Of a stretch of 62,380 nt of DNA, positions 7,844 to 17,811 are shown piece by piece (within the stretch, counting starts at the first letter, position 1; each line of letters opens with the position of its first letter). This stretch comes from a virus (lineage: Duplodnaviria > Caudoviricetes). The translations under genes were made by a program, and so were the position numbers. The stretch covers positions 1 to 62,380 of the IMG/VR virus record IMGVR_UViG_3300037783_000004; one strand, 5' to 3'. Under the pieces are notes generated by a model. It was given only the letters and a program-made list of their open reading frames with translations, was not told the origin of the DNA and did no database searches.

Positions 7844-10078
7844 CTACGCCGCACGTTTCTTTTTCTTGCGATCACCCCCATGAATGCTCTTCACTTTGCC
7901 GCCCAACAGCATCTGGTTGATCGGCTTCATGCAAGCACCCGCCAGCTCTTCGAGCGACCGGGTCACGACCCAGTTGGTGTAGTGCTTCTTGACGTTGCTA
8001 TCCATGATACCAATGCCAATCAGCTCGCACTCTTTCTCAAGCTCCGCAGTCACAAAGTTCATGCGACCATACTTGCCGCTCTCATCATGAAACTCAGTGT
8101 CGCACGTGGCTCCATCGCTCAAGACGATGAACACCTTACGCTTCTCAGGGCGGGGTGCCAGCAGCCGCAGATAGCTCTGCAAGATAGCGTCACTATCGAC
8201 GTTGCCGCCCCCAACAATATGCTCGTAGGCCGCAAGAGAATTCTCCGCAGCTTTGAGCGTATCGTCGAAGCCCTTCAGCTCATAGACGCTGATAGGTTCC
8301 AGCCTCGTGTGCGTTGGCTGCGGACCCGTCCCCGAATAATAGGGATCAGCATAATCCTTGTGAACCTGACGCCATTCCTTGTCGCCACCGTAACCCGAAT
8401 ACCCAATGGCATCCGTGTTCCACGTGGTCACCGCAAACGGAATACCGATCCGCTCAAAGACTTCGGCCAACGCAATGAGACATTGCTGGGTCACCGCCCG
8501 CTTGCCACACATGGAGCCCGACGCATCCACTGCGATGAGCACCGCCGTGTCAAAGTCCTCGGCCTCAGTACGCCGCTTGTGGATAGCGGTCGCACCTGTC
8601 ATGGCCTTGGAGAGCGAGCGTGGATCAAGGTTTCCATCCTCATATCCACCACGCCACACTCGCTCTTTCTTGGACAGCAGTGCTGCCTCCAAGTTCTTCC
8701 TCATGCGGTTCGTCGCCGCCGCAGTCGTAGACTTCAGACGTTGATAGGCGTTGTTGGTGCGGGCCTCCTCGATGGACGCCTTGTACTTCTGAGCACACGC
8801 CTTGTTGGTCGCAGTCTTAGGCTCATTGCCCCAACGTCCCTTGGCCATGTCCAACGTCACGTAGCTATCGTACTCTTCGACGGGCGCAGTGTAGTGCTCG
8901 ACCGTCTTGCCTTGGCGATTGGGCTTGCCCCAGTCACCTCGGTTCGCACCCTCAGTGAACTTGGCCTCGGCCAACGCATTCATGGCTTGGTCAATCGAGT
9001 GATCCAAGATGCCCTCGTTGGCAATAGCGTCCCGCCCCATGGCCTTGGTCAACGTGTCGTGTCCACCGCCCACGCCCCGGTTAGCTTCGCCAGCCCAGCC
9101 GTCTTCGTCGGTGCCATCAGATGTTGTGTCCTTGGTCTCGGTCTCTTCGCCAAACATGGCGCTCTCAACGTCTTCCTTCTCGGAAGCTGAGCCAGCCGTG
9201 CCCTTGGTATCGACGTTGCCTGTGCCCGTTGAGCCTTCGCCCTCACCCGGATTGCCCGACGCCTCTTCGCCTTCGGAACCGGGAGCACCGCCTCCGCCTG
9301 CACCAGAGCTGTCCTTCTTGCCCTCCTTGGAAAGCTCACGATCCTTGGCTCGTTGTGCAATCTCCGCATCGTCACGGGTATAGTCCAACCCGTAGTGAGC
9401 CAGCGTGTCCATGGCCAACTGGTGAACCTCGCTCGTGTTCTTCGGAGCACGTGCCGCAAATGTCGAGCAAATTTTCTCAGCAATCTCCTTGATCTCAGGA
9501 TGCAGACTGTCGAGCGCCGCCTGCATAGAGGGCGAGTTGTAACCCATGGCCTGACGTCCAGCCCACGTCACAGCGAGGGGCAAGACCGCCGCGAGTTGGT
9601 CCGCCGCTGGTGTGCCAGCATGGTTCTTGAGAAACTTCTCAGCGACGTTCTCCGCCACAGCACGCAGGTTGTATTGCGACCCCGCATACTCACGAGACGC
9701 CAGCGCCTCAATGCGCAAGTCCTCAATGGCGTTGGACATGTGAGGCAGCAGAGGGTACTTCTCCATGGCCTCGAACCACTTGTTGCCCGGACGCAACGTC
9801 CGGAAGTCAGTGTGACGTTTGTGTGCGGCCTCGTGGTCAACGTAACCACGCATGATGCTCACTTCTTGTGGTGTGTACTCAACACCAAGGGGCACCGCCG
9901 GGAACATGACGGTTTTACCGTCGGTCCCCGCATGATTGTGTTCGGTCCCGCCGATCTGCACCTTGATGCCGTGATCACGGGAGAGAACCTTGGATGTCTC
10001 ACGAATTTCATGGGTCAGCATTGACCCGCTCACTTTGCGTCCCGCTGGAACGCGGAAAGCTGTCTTGGTTTTAGCCAT
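7844..10078 (-). CDS. CobT-like VWA protein with N-terminal zincin-like HExxH domain (start MAKTK)
   Basis: DHEAAH...NAIED; acidic linker; MIDAS DASGSM and VLSDG. Confidence 0.85.
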   Translation of the reverse strand: MAKTKTAFRVPAGRKVSGSMLTHEIRETSKVLSRDHGIKVQIGGTEHNHAGTDGKTVMFPAVPLGVEYTPQEVSIMRGYVDHEAAHKRHTDFRTLRPGNKWFEAMEKYPLLPHMSNAIEDLRIEALASREYAGSQYNLRAVAENVAEKFLKNHAGTPAADQLAAVLPLAVTWAGRQAMGYNSPSMQAALDSLHPEIKEIAEKICSTFAARAPKNTSEVHQLAMDTLAHYGLDYTRDDAEIAQRAKDRELSKEGKKDSSGAGGGGAPGSEGEEASGNPGEGEGSTGTGNVDTKGTAGSASEKEDVESAMFGEETETKDTTSDGTDEDGWAGEANRGVGGGHDTLTKAMGRDAIANEGILDHSIDQAMNALAEAKFTEGANRGDWGKPNRQGKTVEHYTAPVEEYDSYVTLDMAKGRWGNEPKTATNKACAQKYKASIEEARTNNAYQRLKSTTAAATNRMRKNLEAALLSKKERVWRGGYEDGNLDPRSLSKAMTGATAIHKRRTEAEDFDTAVLIAVDASGSMCGKRAVTQQCLIALAEVFERIGIPFAVTTWNTDAIGYSGYGGDKEWRQVHKDYADPYYSGTGPQPTHTRLEPISVYELKGFDDTLKAAENSLAAYEHIVGGGNVDSDAILQSYLRLLAPRPEKRKVFIVLSDGATCDTEFHDESGKYGRMNFVTAELEKECELIGIGIMDSNVKKHYTNWVVTRSLEELAGACMKPINQMLLGGKVKSIHGGDRKKKKRAA

Positions 10079-10209
10079 ATCAATTGTCCTTGTGTTGGTT
10101 TCGGGAGTGGGGACCAGCTTCAACGCTGGCCCCCAACCTATGAGCTTTGCCCGCCTCTCTGACGGGTGCTCGCCCTTACTTAGCCGCTACGCGGCGACCG
10201 CTTCGCGGT

Positions 10210-12189
10210 CTACTTGCCCAAGCCTTTCGTCGCCGCCGAATTGAAGACGCGCTGGGCCAAACCAATCAGAACATTCTGATCATCTGCATCAGCCGCATTC
10301 ATAATGCAAGTCTTGAGTGCAAGACCCATGGCCCGATCACCGCCGAACATACCGAAGTCGGTGTACGCCATCGCCATGGCAAGCGTATCACGCGGCGAGT
10401 TGGGCAGCGTCACACTGGCAGAGACGAACGCCTTGCGATGCTCACCTGCATAGGCAGCAATCTGCTTGGCAATCGCAGGAGGAATACCCGGCACTTGATC
10501 AAGGATCAGCGCCTCTTCCTCTTCGACCGTCATGTAGTCAACGTCGATGAACGGCTTGAAGCGATTGAGCAGGGCAACACCCATCGCACGAGTACCCGAA
10601 TACAATCCGGTCTCATCACCACGTCCATTCGTGTTGGCCGTAGCACAAATCCGGAAGTAAGGGTGCGGCGTCACTGTGCGGCCCCCATCCTCAAGCAGCA
10701 TGAAGCCGTTGCCCTCAGTCAGACGTTGCAGGACGAAGCCAAGGTCAGGACGAGACGCATCGATCTCATCCAAGAGCAAGCAGCATGGCTGTTGCATGGC
10801 CAGCGGAATGATACCGTCCGTGAACTTGGTCACCGTGTTGCCCTTGCTGTCCGTGGTCAGCACCTCACGACCAACCAAGTCGCCACGTGAGATGTCGCTG
10901 TCGAGATTAACCCGGAACACAGGGATGTTGAGACGCGCATAGATTTGCTCGATCATCGTGGTCTTGCCAGTACCCGTGTGACCCTTGAGCCATGGCACTT
11001 GGTTCTTCCGGATCGCAATCAAGAGCGTCACCAAAATCTCAGCATCAAAGACGTAGTCGTCGTTGATCTCTGGGACGTGAGGGTGTGGCGCATCCCACTC
11101 GCCCACTGGCACGTCGAAGTCGAAGAGTTTGTGTGCAGCCTTCGGAATTTCGAAGACTTCGTACGCTTTCTTGAAGTCGATCTTGCCATCAGGAATGTCA
11201 GCCTCGCCTTTGACTTCGACCGGCCCAACCATGGCCGCCTTAGACGTTAGGTCAGCGACCTGCGACTTGAGCTTCTCGACAAGCTCGTTCTTCTCAGCGA
11301 GTTCAGTGCGCGCAGCCACGCCATTGACGCTCTCGCTCACGAGACCGGCCAGCGTCTTGGTGTTGGCAATGCCAGCGCTCGCAAGCATTGCATCGATAGC
11401 GCCACGCAGCGAGGGATCAAGGCCCTGAAGCGCAGAGGCAATCACCTTTGGTGAGGTGCCCCCCTTGTCGGTTTGTGGTGCTTGCTCAGGGGTGTCGTTG
11501 TTTTCATTTTCCATGGTGGTAGTTCCGATTGGTGAGGATGTGGAGCCCAGCCCAGCAGGGTTAGGCTTGGATGATACGTGGACGAGTGTTGATTTATATC
11601 CACGCGGTGGTGCCCCCAGCCCAACGCCGAAGTTGGACATGAGGTATTGATCGAGCATGGCATAGCCACGCATCGATGTTCCGGGTACGTCTTCAACGAG
11701 CTGATCGCTGAGACCGTACGTGCGCTTGCCGCCATCGCTTTCCAAGCACCATGTGCTGTCAGCAATAGACGCAAACGCGCCTTCAGTGAGGCTCTTGGTG
11801 ACCTTGAGCGCACCGTCATGCCCCTCTGCTTGGCCATCCAGATGCATGAGGATAGCCGCAACCAGAGAGAGCCCGACGTAAGGCGAGCCCACAAAGCTGG
11901 CCACCTTGGATGCGCTCATGTCGGAAGGCTTGACGCCGTAATCGCTAGCCCACGCATCATTTGGCCAGTGCCCGAACAAGTGACCGGGACTAGTGCTGTA
12001 ATCCACGCCTGTCTGGGGGATGAGGTCGGTGTCGTGCCAGCCGTGGTCTGCGCCGAACCGGCTCCACGCAGCAAGCGCTGTGCTCACCGCATTTCTGGCG
12101 GCGTTGCGTCGCTTGCTGAAGTCTGAGTGTGTGCTGGCTTCCCGCAGCAAGGGCAATAGCTCAGTCTTGAGCCGTTTCATAAACGTCAT
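10210..12189 (-). CDS. MoxR/CobS/CbbQ-like AAA+ ATPase with long N-terminal extension
   Basis: GHTGTGKT, LLLDEID, ATANTNG, LNRF, SPR. Confidence 0.9.
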   Translation of the reverse strand: MTFMKRLKTELLPLLREASTHSDFSKRRNAARNAVSTALAAWSRFGADHGWHDTDLIPQTGVDYSTSPGHLFGHWPNDAWASDYGVKPSDMSASKVASFVGSPYVGLSLVAAILMHLDGQAEGHDGALKVTKSLTEGAFASIADSTWCLESDGGKRTYGLSDQLVEDVPGTSMRGYAMLDQYLMSNFGVGLGAPPRGYKSTLVHVSSKPNPAGLGSTSSPIGTTTMENENNDTPEQAPQTDKGGTSPKVIASALQGLDPSLRGAIDAMLASAGIANTKTLAGLVSESVNGVAARTELAEKNELVEKLKSQVADLTSKAAMVGPVEVKGEADIPDGKIDFKKAYEVFEIPKAAHKLFDFDVPVGEWDAPHPHVPEINDDYVFDAEILVTLLIAIRKNQVPWLKGHTGTGKTTMIEQIYARLNIPVFRVNLDSDISRGDLVGREVLTTDSKGNTVTKFTDGIIPLAMQQPCCLLLDEIDASRPDLGFVLQRLTEGNGFMLLEDGGRTVTPHPYFRICATANTNGRGDETGLYSGTRAMGVALLNRFKPFIDVDYMTVEEEEALILDQVPGIPPAIAKQIAAYAGEHRKAFVSASVTLPNSPRDTLAMAMAYTDFGMFGGDRAMGLALKTCIMNAADADDQNVLIGLAQRVFNSAATKGLGK

Positions 12190-12309
12190 GTCGATACCTC
12201 GTGATTATGACAGTGAATAGGATAGCCCCGGCCCCACCGAAGCAGGGCCGACGCCGATTAGCTCCTAGTTCCCCTTCGGGGAACCGCGCGTGCGCACCTG
12301 CGCACGAGG

Positions 12310-12762
12310 CTAAGAGTAGAAAGCTGGGTCGAATGTCTCATCGTTCTCGATGCCGAGCTGGATGTAGCGCCCCTTGGCAGAGCCGGGGCAGTATTCATAG
12401 CCCACCCTCTGGTAAGCACCCCACTCAGTCAGGTTGAAGCGCGCCATCCCATGGCGAATGTAAAGACCGAAGTCATCCGGTGCCCAGCGATCAGCGTCGC
12501 CGCCACGTGTCTGCGCATAGGCTTCCCATCCGACCAGCGACATGCCGAAGCGAGGGTGAACATCGTCCGGGCTTGCGGCACGTCCGAACACAGCGTCAAG
12601 CGGATCGTCCTTGCCGTTGTCACGTGACCACAGGAAGAGCAGGCCAGTGGCCAGACCGAGAGGTACGACCGCAGCGATGATCGCGCCATTGATCAGGCAC
12701 AGAATACCAGCAGCGCCAAAGAGCAAGCCTGCTGTCAGGGTGGTTTTGGGAGAGAGTTTCAT
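12310..12762 (-). CDS. Membrane protein (two TM helices plus soluble domain)
   Basis: Hydrophobic N-terminus; AAGGA RBS. Confidence 0.7.
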   Translation of the reverse strand: MKLSPKTTLTAGLLFGAAGILCLINGAIIAAVVPLGLATGLLFLWSRDNGKDDPLDAVFGRAASPDDVHPRFGMSLVGWEAYAQTRGGDADRWAPDDFGLYIRHGMARFNLTEWGAYQRVGYEYCPGSAKGRYIQLGIENDETFDPAFYS

Positions 12763-13181
12763 CGTGGAATGTATCCTTCTTCACGAGTGAGTTGAGGTAG
12801 ACCCGGCCCCTCTTGGGCCATGCCTGTTGGCTCCGGATCAATCTGATCCGCGAGTTCTATTAGCTCGACGTTAGCTTTGGTGCCGTCGGCCATCCGTGAT
12901 CCTAAGACCAGCGAATTGATTGTGTTCTGCACCCACTCGATGAAGTCTTTTGACTTGCGCAGCAGCCATATGGCCCCTCTGTCCATCCAGACGGACGCAC
13001 GAGTGAACCACTTGTAGATGCGGACACAGAACATACCCAACGTGAAGAGTATCCACGAAGGCACAGCGATGATGGCCGCAAACACGATGGCAGCAAGCGC
13101 CACCACAAGGCATGGGACCAACATGATGAGACCGAAGAACATTCCGGCCAAGGTGCGAGCGCCATCCTCAAGACGTGACAT
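12759..13181 (-). CDS. Membrane protein
   Basis: Long hydrophobic N-terminal region; AGGAG RBS. Confidence 0.7.
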   Translation of the reverse strand: MSRLEDGARTLAGMFFGLIMLVPCLVVALAAIVFAAIIAVPSWILFTLGMFCVRIYKWFTRASVWMDRGAIWLLRKSKDFIEWVQNTINSLVLGSRMADGTKANVELIELADQIDPEPTGMAQEGPGLPQLTREEGYIPR

Positions 13182-13689
13182 TGGCTACTCCTTTCACGAG
13201 TTTACGGCACCGACGACGCAGCGCCTTGCCCATTTTGTTGATGGCTGCGTTGTACTCAAAGACCCAGTCAACCACTGGCCCCTCGTACATCTCGCCATTC
13301 AGCTTGAGAACCTTGCGCCCCCGTGTTTCGGGTGTGTCCTTGTTGCAGCGCTGAATGTCCTCGCACCAAGACGCAATCATGTCCAAGACTTCGAGAGTTT
13401 CAGACTGCAAGAGAGCGCGTTCTGCAATCTCATCCTTGAGTGCATCACGCTCAGCCATCAGACGTTGTACGTCCTCAAACATGAGCGCCGTCTCTTCCTC
13501 GGCCATCTCGATTGCCTGCACATAGAGTGCTTCGCGTTCGTCCTTGGCTTCAGGGTATGCGCTTGTCACGTGCTCACGTTCGAGCGGCGAAGGCGGAGGT
13601 ATCTCGATTGGATTGACCTCCGAAGGCAGGGGTTGGTCCGGAAAGAGCCGAGCCAACGTGCCTTGTACTGCGGTCGCAAAGCGTCCCAT
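13168..13689 (-). CDS. Coiled-coil hypothetical protein
   Basis: 173 aa, operonic coupling. Confidence 0.7.
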   Translation of the reverse strand: MGRFATAVQGTLARLFPDQPLPSEVNPIEIPPPSPLEREHVTSAYPEAKDEREALYVQAIEMAEEETALMFEDVQRLMAERDALKDEIAERALLQSETLEVLDMIASWCEDIQRCNKDTPETRGRKVLKLNGEMYEGPVVDWVFEYNAAINKMGKALRRRCRKLVKGVANVTS

Positions 13690-14432
13690 TAGTTTAGCAT
13701 CCTCTTCTTGCGCCCACCAATTCGCAGGGGAGCGTCTTCGTCTGGGGCTTCTGCCTCCATCTCATCGACCATCGCATCAACGGCGTCTGTCAAACGCTCG
13801 CTGAGTGGACGGTCATCGTCTGGGTCTTCGAGGGGCAGCACCCCAACCTGACCCGGCGAGTCCATGATGGCCTTGACGAGTGCGTCTGGCATACCAGCCG
13901 CCCTCATTGCCATTGCCATCTTGGTCTTGTTGTCGCCCGCCACCTGCGGATGACCCGGCCCATGCGTGAGTTCCGGTGACATGCCTGCGTACATGCCGCC
14001 ATGTGCAAGAGACTTCTCGTAGATCATCTCGGAGATTTCTTCCTGCGTCATCCAGCGATAGTCGTTGACCTTGTCATACGGTGGCTTCTCCAACGTCTTG
14101 CGCAGGTCGATGTCCATCTCCTTGTCCCACCAGTCAACCAAGTCCCAGAAGTCCAGCTCGTGCGGCACTTCGGGCATTGAGATGAAACCAGCGAGCGTCG
14201 TGCCGAAGCACAGGCTCTTGTCGCTATCCGAACGAATAAACAGGTCAACGTTCACACGCTGGCCCGGTTTCTTCCGGTCTTCGTCTGTCATTTCCTTGGC
14301 TGACGCCACGTAACGATCAGGGTCGGTGATATGCGAGTTGAGGTGATCCTTGACTAGCTTGGCCTCGGCTTTCTTGGCGGCTGCGTTACGCAACACGGAA
14401 GACTTGGATGTGATCAGCTTGGGCTTACCCAT
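13689..14432 (-). CDS. Hypothetical protein, paralog of next gene (start MGKPKL)
   Basis: DYRWMTQEEI motif; GGAG RBS. Confidence 0.7.
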   Translation of the reverse strand: MGKPKLITSKSSVLRNAAAKKAEAKLVKDHLNSHITDPDRYVASAKEMTDEDRKKPGQRVNVDLFIRSDSDKSLCFGTTLAGFISMPEVPHELDFWDLVDWWDKEMDIDLRKTLEKPPYDKVNDYRWMTQEEISEMIYEKSLAHGGMYAGMSPELTHGPGHPQVAGDNKTKMAMAMRAAGMPDALVKAIMDSPGQVGVLPLEDPDDDRPLSERLTDAVDAMVDEMEAEAPDEDAPLRIGGRKKRMLN

Positions 14433-15042
14433 TGTCGTTCTCCCGTCGTGTCTTCTCACGCATGGCTTCGACCCATTGTTCGAGGTTCTCCTCACGTGAG
14501 CCGCCGCTATTGATCAGCTCGTTCAATGAGAGCAAATCGCTTGCGGTGATCCTGATCATGAGCTTTTCGTTGCCGCAATCGCATCCCGGCTTGTCACAGC
14601 CCGACGCAATGCGAGCGCACTCATAGTCCGGATCAATGGACTTGAGGTGATTGACGAGCTTTTCGGGAAACTCGCCGTGCGCCATGATGTAGTGGAGTGG
14701 ATCAGTCATGCCCGGTGGGACTTGACTGTGCGGGATCATCTCATCAACGTGGCCGTCGATGATGTGGTTTCCGATCTCTTCGTGTGTCATCACACGCCAG
14801 TCGTCCGCTTGTGCGAAGATTTCGGGGTTCTTGTTACCCACTTGCTTGATGATGTGGGCTTCACTGATGAACTCGTGCGCATTGAAGCCACGCACATGCT
14901 CTTCGGTGTGGCCGAGGATGATTTCCTCCTTTTCGCTGATGATGTAGAGGTGAACGCTGAAGATGACGCCCGGAATGCGTCCGATCATCTCGTCTGGTGC
15001 ATTTGGCTCGTTGCCTGATGCGGTGAGTTTAGGTTTGGTCAT
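14425..15042 (-). CDS. Hypothetical protein, paralog of previous gene
   Basis: DWRVMTHEEI motif; C...C..GCDC. Confidence 0.7.
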   Translation of the reverse strand: MTKPKLTASGNEPNAPDEMIGRIPGVIFSVHLYIISEKEEIILGHTEEHVRGFNAHEFISEAHIIKQVGNKNPEIFAQADDWRVMTHEEIGNHIIDGHVDEMIPHSQVPPGMTDPLHYIMAHGEFPEKLVNHLKSIDPDYECARIASGCDKPGCDCGNEKLMIRITASDLLSLNELINSGGSREENLEQWVEAMREKTRRENDNG

Positions 15043-15116
15043 GAGTTTCCCTTGTCGTTGAGGGGTTAGTGTAGCACAATCGCTACATGTTTGGATTAAC
15101 TCTCGGTAATGTCCTC

Positions 15117-15338
15117 CTATGGGTAGATGATAACGGCTGGGTGATCGAAGACGTTCTCGTCGTCCTCGGATGTGCCATCGTCTCCGACTTCGAGGTAATA
15201 CTCGTTCGGGTCTTCGATGGTGGCCAACGTAACGTCATCCAGCATGTGATGGCTGTTGCCCTCGCTGTCGCTTGCGACGACAACGTAGGCTTCGGGGTTG
15301 AGTTTTCGCAGTGTTGCGATGAGTTCAGACACTCGCAT
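15117..15338 (-). CDS. Small acidic phage protein (start MRVSELI)
   Basis: VxELIxxL...DxEGN pattern; AGGAG RBS. Confidence 0.6.
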   Translation of the reverse strand: MRVSELIATLRKLNPEAYVVVASDSEGNSHHMLDDVTLATIEDPNEYYLEVGDDGTSEDDENVFDHPAVIIYP

Positions 15339-15864
15339 TGGATTGCTCCTGTCGTTGAGTGAGCCATGGTGGCGGACAACGTCCGTGCCACGCATGGAGA
15401 TGAGTTTTGCTCTCGTCAAACGCATAGTAGTCACGGTAACACTCGACCGCGTCTGCCATCGTTGCGCAAGGGCGCTGAAACCTCGCTGGCATGGCCAACG
15501 AGACTGGTGTGAGCCCAACGTCTGGCATGTTGGGAGGCACGTTTACGAGCCGAGCGACGTTGTCCTCGTATGAGGCGTGTCCCTTGGCTGCGTTAGGCCA
15601 ACGTCTGAGTTTCTCGTCGTAGAGATTATGCCAAAGCGCGACCAACCACGAGTAGTTGGCCTTGCTTTGGCGAACCCATATCGTTGACGGGTGATTGAAC
15701 CACGCCGAACCCATCTTGTAGACGTGCGGCGTATGTTCGGTTGGGTACACGTGATGAACCGACGAGAGCAGTTGTGCGTACTCCTTGATTTGGCTGATCA
15801 CATGCGCGTTGACGTGGTATTGGGCAGCACGTCGTTGATTGGTGCTGAGCGCGAAGATGTTCAA
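15325..15864 (-). CDS. Pyrimidine-dimer DNA glycosylase/DenV-like protein
   Basis: MNIFAL, EYAQLLS, NHPSTIWVR, NYSWL, YRDYY motifs. Confidence 0.8.
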   Translation of the reverse strand: MNIFALSTNQRRAAQYHVNAHVISQIKEYAQLLSSVHHVYPTEHTPHVYKMGSAWFNHPSTIWVRQSKANYSWLVALWHNLYDEKLRRWPNAAKGHASYEDNVARLVNVPPNMPDVGLTPVSLAMPARFQRPCATMADAVECYRDYYAFDESKTHLHAWHGRCPPPWLTQRQEQSNASV

Positions 15865-16310
15865 ATGATTAGCCTCCTTGGTGATTTGAACGAAAGGCGA
15901 GGCGACGTCTCTTTCGCCTCTACCGGAATGTCATGCGTCCCCCACATATCCTCCACCTTGATAGCGTGAACTGGATGTTCGAATTGGTCGTCAACGTACA
16001 AGCCGCTACGATGCTTCCAATGCACCCAATGGCCAGACTTGGCAAAAGACACACCCACGTTGAAGCCCGCCGCCTCACAGAAGTCCTGCATGGCGTCGGC
16101 TGTCGTTCGTGTGTGGTATGAGTGCGCGCTCAAGACGATAACTTTTGGCGTCATCTTGAAGACGTATGAGCTGTGCAGGCGACCGGCAATGACCTTCGTG
16201 CCATCGCCTGCAATGGTGTGCGAGACCCAGCGGTTATTCCCGACCTTGCGTTTAAGGCCGGGAGCGAAGTTATGCCATTGGAATAGCTCTGGTTTGTATA
16301 TCTTAGCCAT
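15861..16310 (-). CDS. Hypothetical protein
   Basis: 149 aa, GGAG RBS, coupled. Confidence 0.65.
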   Translation of the reverse strand: MAKIYKPELFQWHNFAPGLKRKVGNNRWVSHTIAGDGTKVIAGRLHSSYVFKMTPKVIVLSAHSYHTRTTADAMQDFCEAAGFNVGVSFAKSGHWVHWKHRSGLYVDDQFEHPVHAIKVEDMWGTHDIPVEAKETSPRLSFKSPRRLII

Positions 16311-16578
16311 TGCTTGCTCCGATCACGTACCAACGTCTGAGTGCCTCATGGCAATCCAAGCGATAGTCGTCGCTCACGTAGTACGAGCACAGGTCATGGC
16401 AGACTTCGGTTTCGTCTGCACCGTCCATGCAATTGTACGCAGCTTGCTCGATGTCGTAGCTTGGCATGTCCTCCATCATGTCGATGGCGTCGTTTGTGCC
16501 TTGCGAGTATCCGAAGCCCCAGCCGATGGCTCCCGCCATCATGGCTGCGATGGTTCCCGTCAGAACGCCCTTGCTCAT
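16303..16578 (-). CDS. Membrane-anchored Cys-containing small protein (start MSKGVL)
   Basis: N-terminal TM plus four Cys. Confidence 0.6.
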   Translation of the reverse strand: MSKGVLTGTIAAMMAGAIGWGFGYSQGTNDAIDMMEDMPSYDIEQAAYNCMDGADETEVCHDLCSYYVSDDYRLDCHEALRRWYVIGASNG

Positions 16579-16781
16579 ACTGCACCCGTTGCCATGGTGA
16601 GCGTGAATGCCAACGCGCAGAACACGATGGCCAAGAACATCGGCAAACGTGCGTCCTTGAGCGCTTGCGTCGTGTCGTTGATGCACAGCCCAATGAAGAT
16701 GATGATGACGGCAACGCCGCCCATGATCGCGCCGCACTTTGTGAGGATCGTGATGATGCTTTCGATGATGGTGCTATCCAT
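16575..16781 (-). CDS. Two-TM small protein (start MDSTII)
   Basis: AAGGA RBS; hydrophobic. Confidence 0.6.
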   Translation of the reverse strand: MDSTIIESIITILTKCGAIMGGVAVIIIFIGLCINDTTQALKDARLPMFLAIVFCALAFTLTMATGAV

Positions 16782-16878
16782 GGGTGTTGTCCTTTCCCGT
16801 GAAGATGATGGCAGCCAACGCACCCACGATACCGAAGCATGTGGCTGCGAAGATACGCCAGAATGCATATTCTTCCAT
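16774..16878 (-). CDS. 34-aa membrane peptide (not in ORF track)
   Basis: MEEYAFWRIFAATCFGIVGALAAIIF...; AAGGA RBS. Confidence 0.5.
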   Translation of the reverse strand: MEEYAFWRIFAATCFGIVGALAAIIFTGKDNTHG

Positions 16879-16951
16879 TGTCGTTGTCCTTTCCTGTCAA
16901 CGTACGGACAAAAGCCCGCGCAGCAGAGCTGGCGGGCCAAAGTCGTTGAGC

Positions 16952-17128
16952 TTAGCGATAGGCGTTGATCGCCTCGAACGCGTCGCGTCGCATGTCGTTG
17001 TACGCTCGGATGCCGTCCCACGGGTTCACCATGGCACAGAACATGCCGACAATTGTCGCCAACGCAAACACGATGGCCATCCAAGCCATCGCGAGTTGCA
17101 TTAGCGTCCACATCACCCAGAAACGCAT
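16952..17128 (-). CDS. 58-aa membrane peptide (not in ORF track)
   Basis: MRFWVMWTLMQLAMAWMAIVFALATIVG...; TAATG coupling. Confidence 0.5.
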   Translation of the reverse strand: MRFWVMWTLMQLAMAWMAIVFALATIVGMFCAMVNPWDGIRAYNDMRRDAFEAINAYR

Positions 17129-17310
17129 TACGCGTTGTCCCCAACGATCATGATGAGGTACACGTCAAGTTCCTCGTCGCCGCTGCCATGCTCACGGATG
17201 CGCTCTTCGCGCATGATCTCGCTGAGCGACTTGCGACGTGAAGGCACAGTGTGGCCCGTGATGATCTCGCCTGTGTCGTTGTCGATAACGTCGTTGATTG
17301 GTTGTGTCAT
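17128..17310 (-). CDS. Small acidic protein (start MTQPIN)
   Basis: TAAGGA RBS; DxxTGEI motif. Confidence 0.55.
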   Translation of the reverse strand: MTQPINDVIDNDTGEIITGHTVPSRRKSLSEIMREERIREHGSGDEELDVYLIMIVGDNA

Positions 17311-17362
17311 TGTGTGCGTCCTTATACGCAGGTTGAGGCGAGCGGTATTGCTCACCTAACGC

Positions 17363-17393
17363 AAAAAGGCCCACGCACCGGAGTGCGCAGGCC
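17363..17393 (-). terminator. Intrinsic terminator
   Basis: GGCC-TGCGCAC...GTGCGTG-GGCC stem followed by T5 on minus strand. Confidence 0.7.
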
Positions 17394-17418
17394 AATGTGT
17401 GTGCGTTGGTTGTGGGTT

Positions 17419-17811
17419 CTACGAACCCAGCAGAGCCATGGCACCTGCGAGTTGGGTCTCATCGAGGCCAAGGGCCTCAAGGCCCGCAACTTGCTTCTTC
17501 GTCAACGCCTTCGGCGTTGTCGTGGTCGCCTTGCGCTTGCCCTTCGCCTTGGACGCCTTCGGCGTCGCCTTGGCGCTCTCGAACGCGCCCTTCGCGTCCA
17601 GCGATCCGCTGGCCTTGAGTTGGGCGATGGCAGCTTCGCTGCGGCGCGCTTTGTACGAGCCCGGTTTCGCCTTCGCAACGCGGGCTTCGAGCACCTCGAC
17701 GCACTGCGCGACGATGGTCTTGCGCTTGGCAGCGGTCAGCTTCGCTGACAGCGCGTCTTGCATCTCCGCGAGCGTTGCAATGCGGAACGGGTTTTGGGTC
17801 GTGGTAGTCAT
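17419..17811 (-). CDS. Lys/Ala-rich basic (histone H1-like) protein
   Basis: AKATPKASKAKGKRKA; AGGAG RBS. Confidence 0.75.
   Translation of the reverse strand: MTTTTQNPFRIATLAEMQDALSAKLTAAKRKTIVAQCVEVLEARVAKAKPGSYKARRSEAAIAQLKASGSLDAKGAFESAKATPKASKAKGKRKATTTTPKALTKKQVAGLEALGLDETQLAGAMALLGS

Noticed and set aside
7880-9190. Long antisense ORFs (also 50092-51561, 52732-53733, 32597-33511)
   Set aside because: Shadow frames of real genes in GC-rich DNA; no RBS or motifs
7844-12189. Cobalamin biosynthesis auxiliary genes
   Set aside because: No CobN or other pathway genes; better read as a generic AAA+/VWA pair
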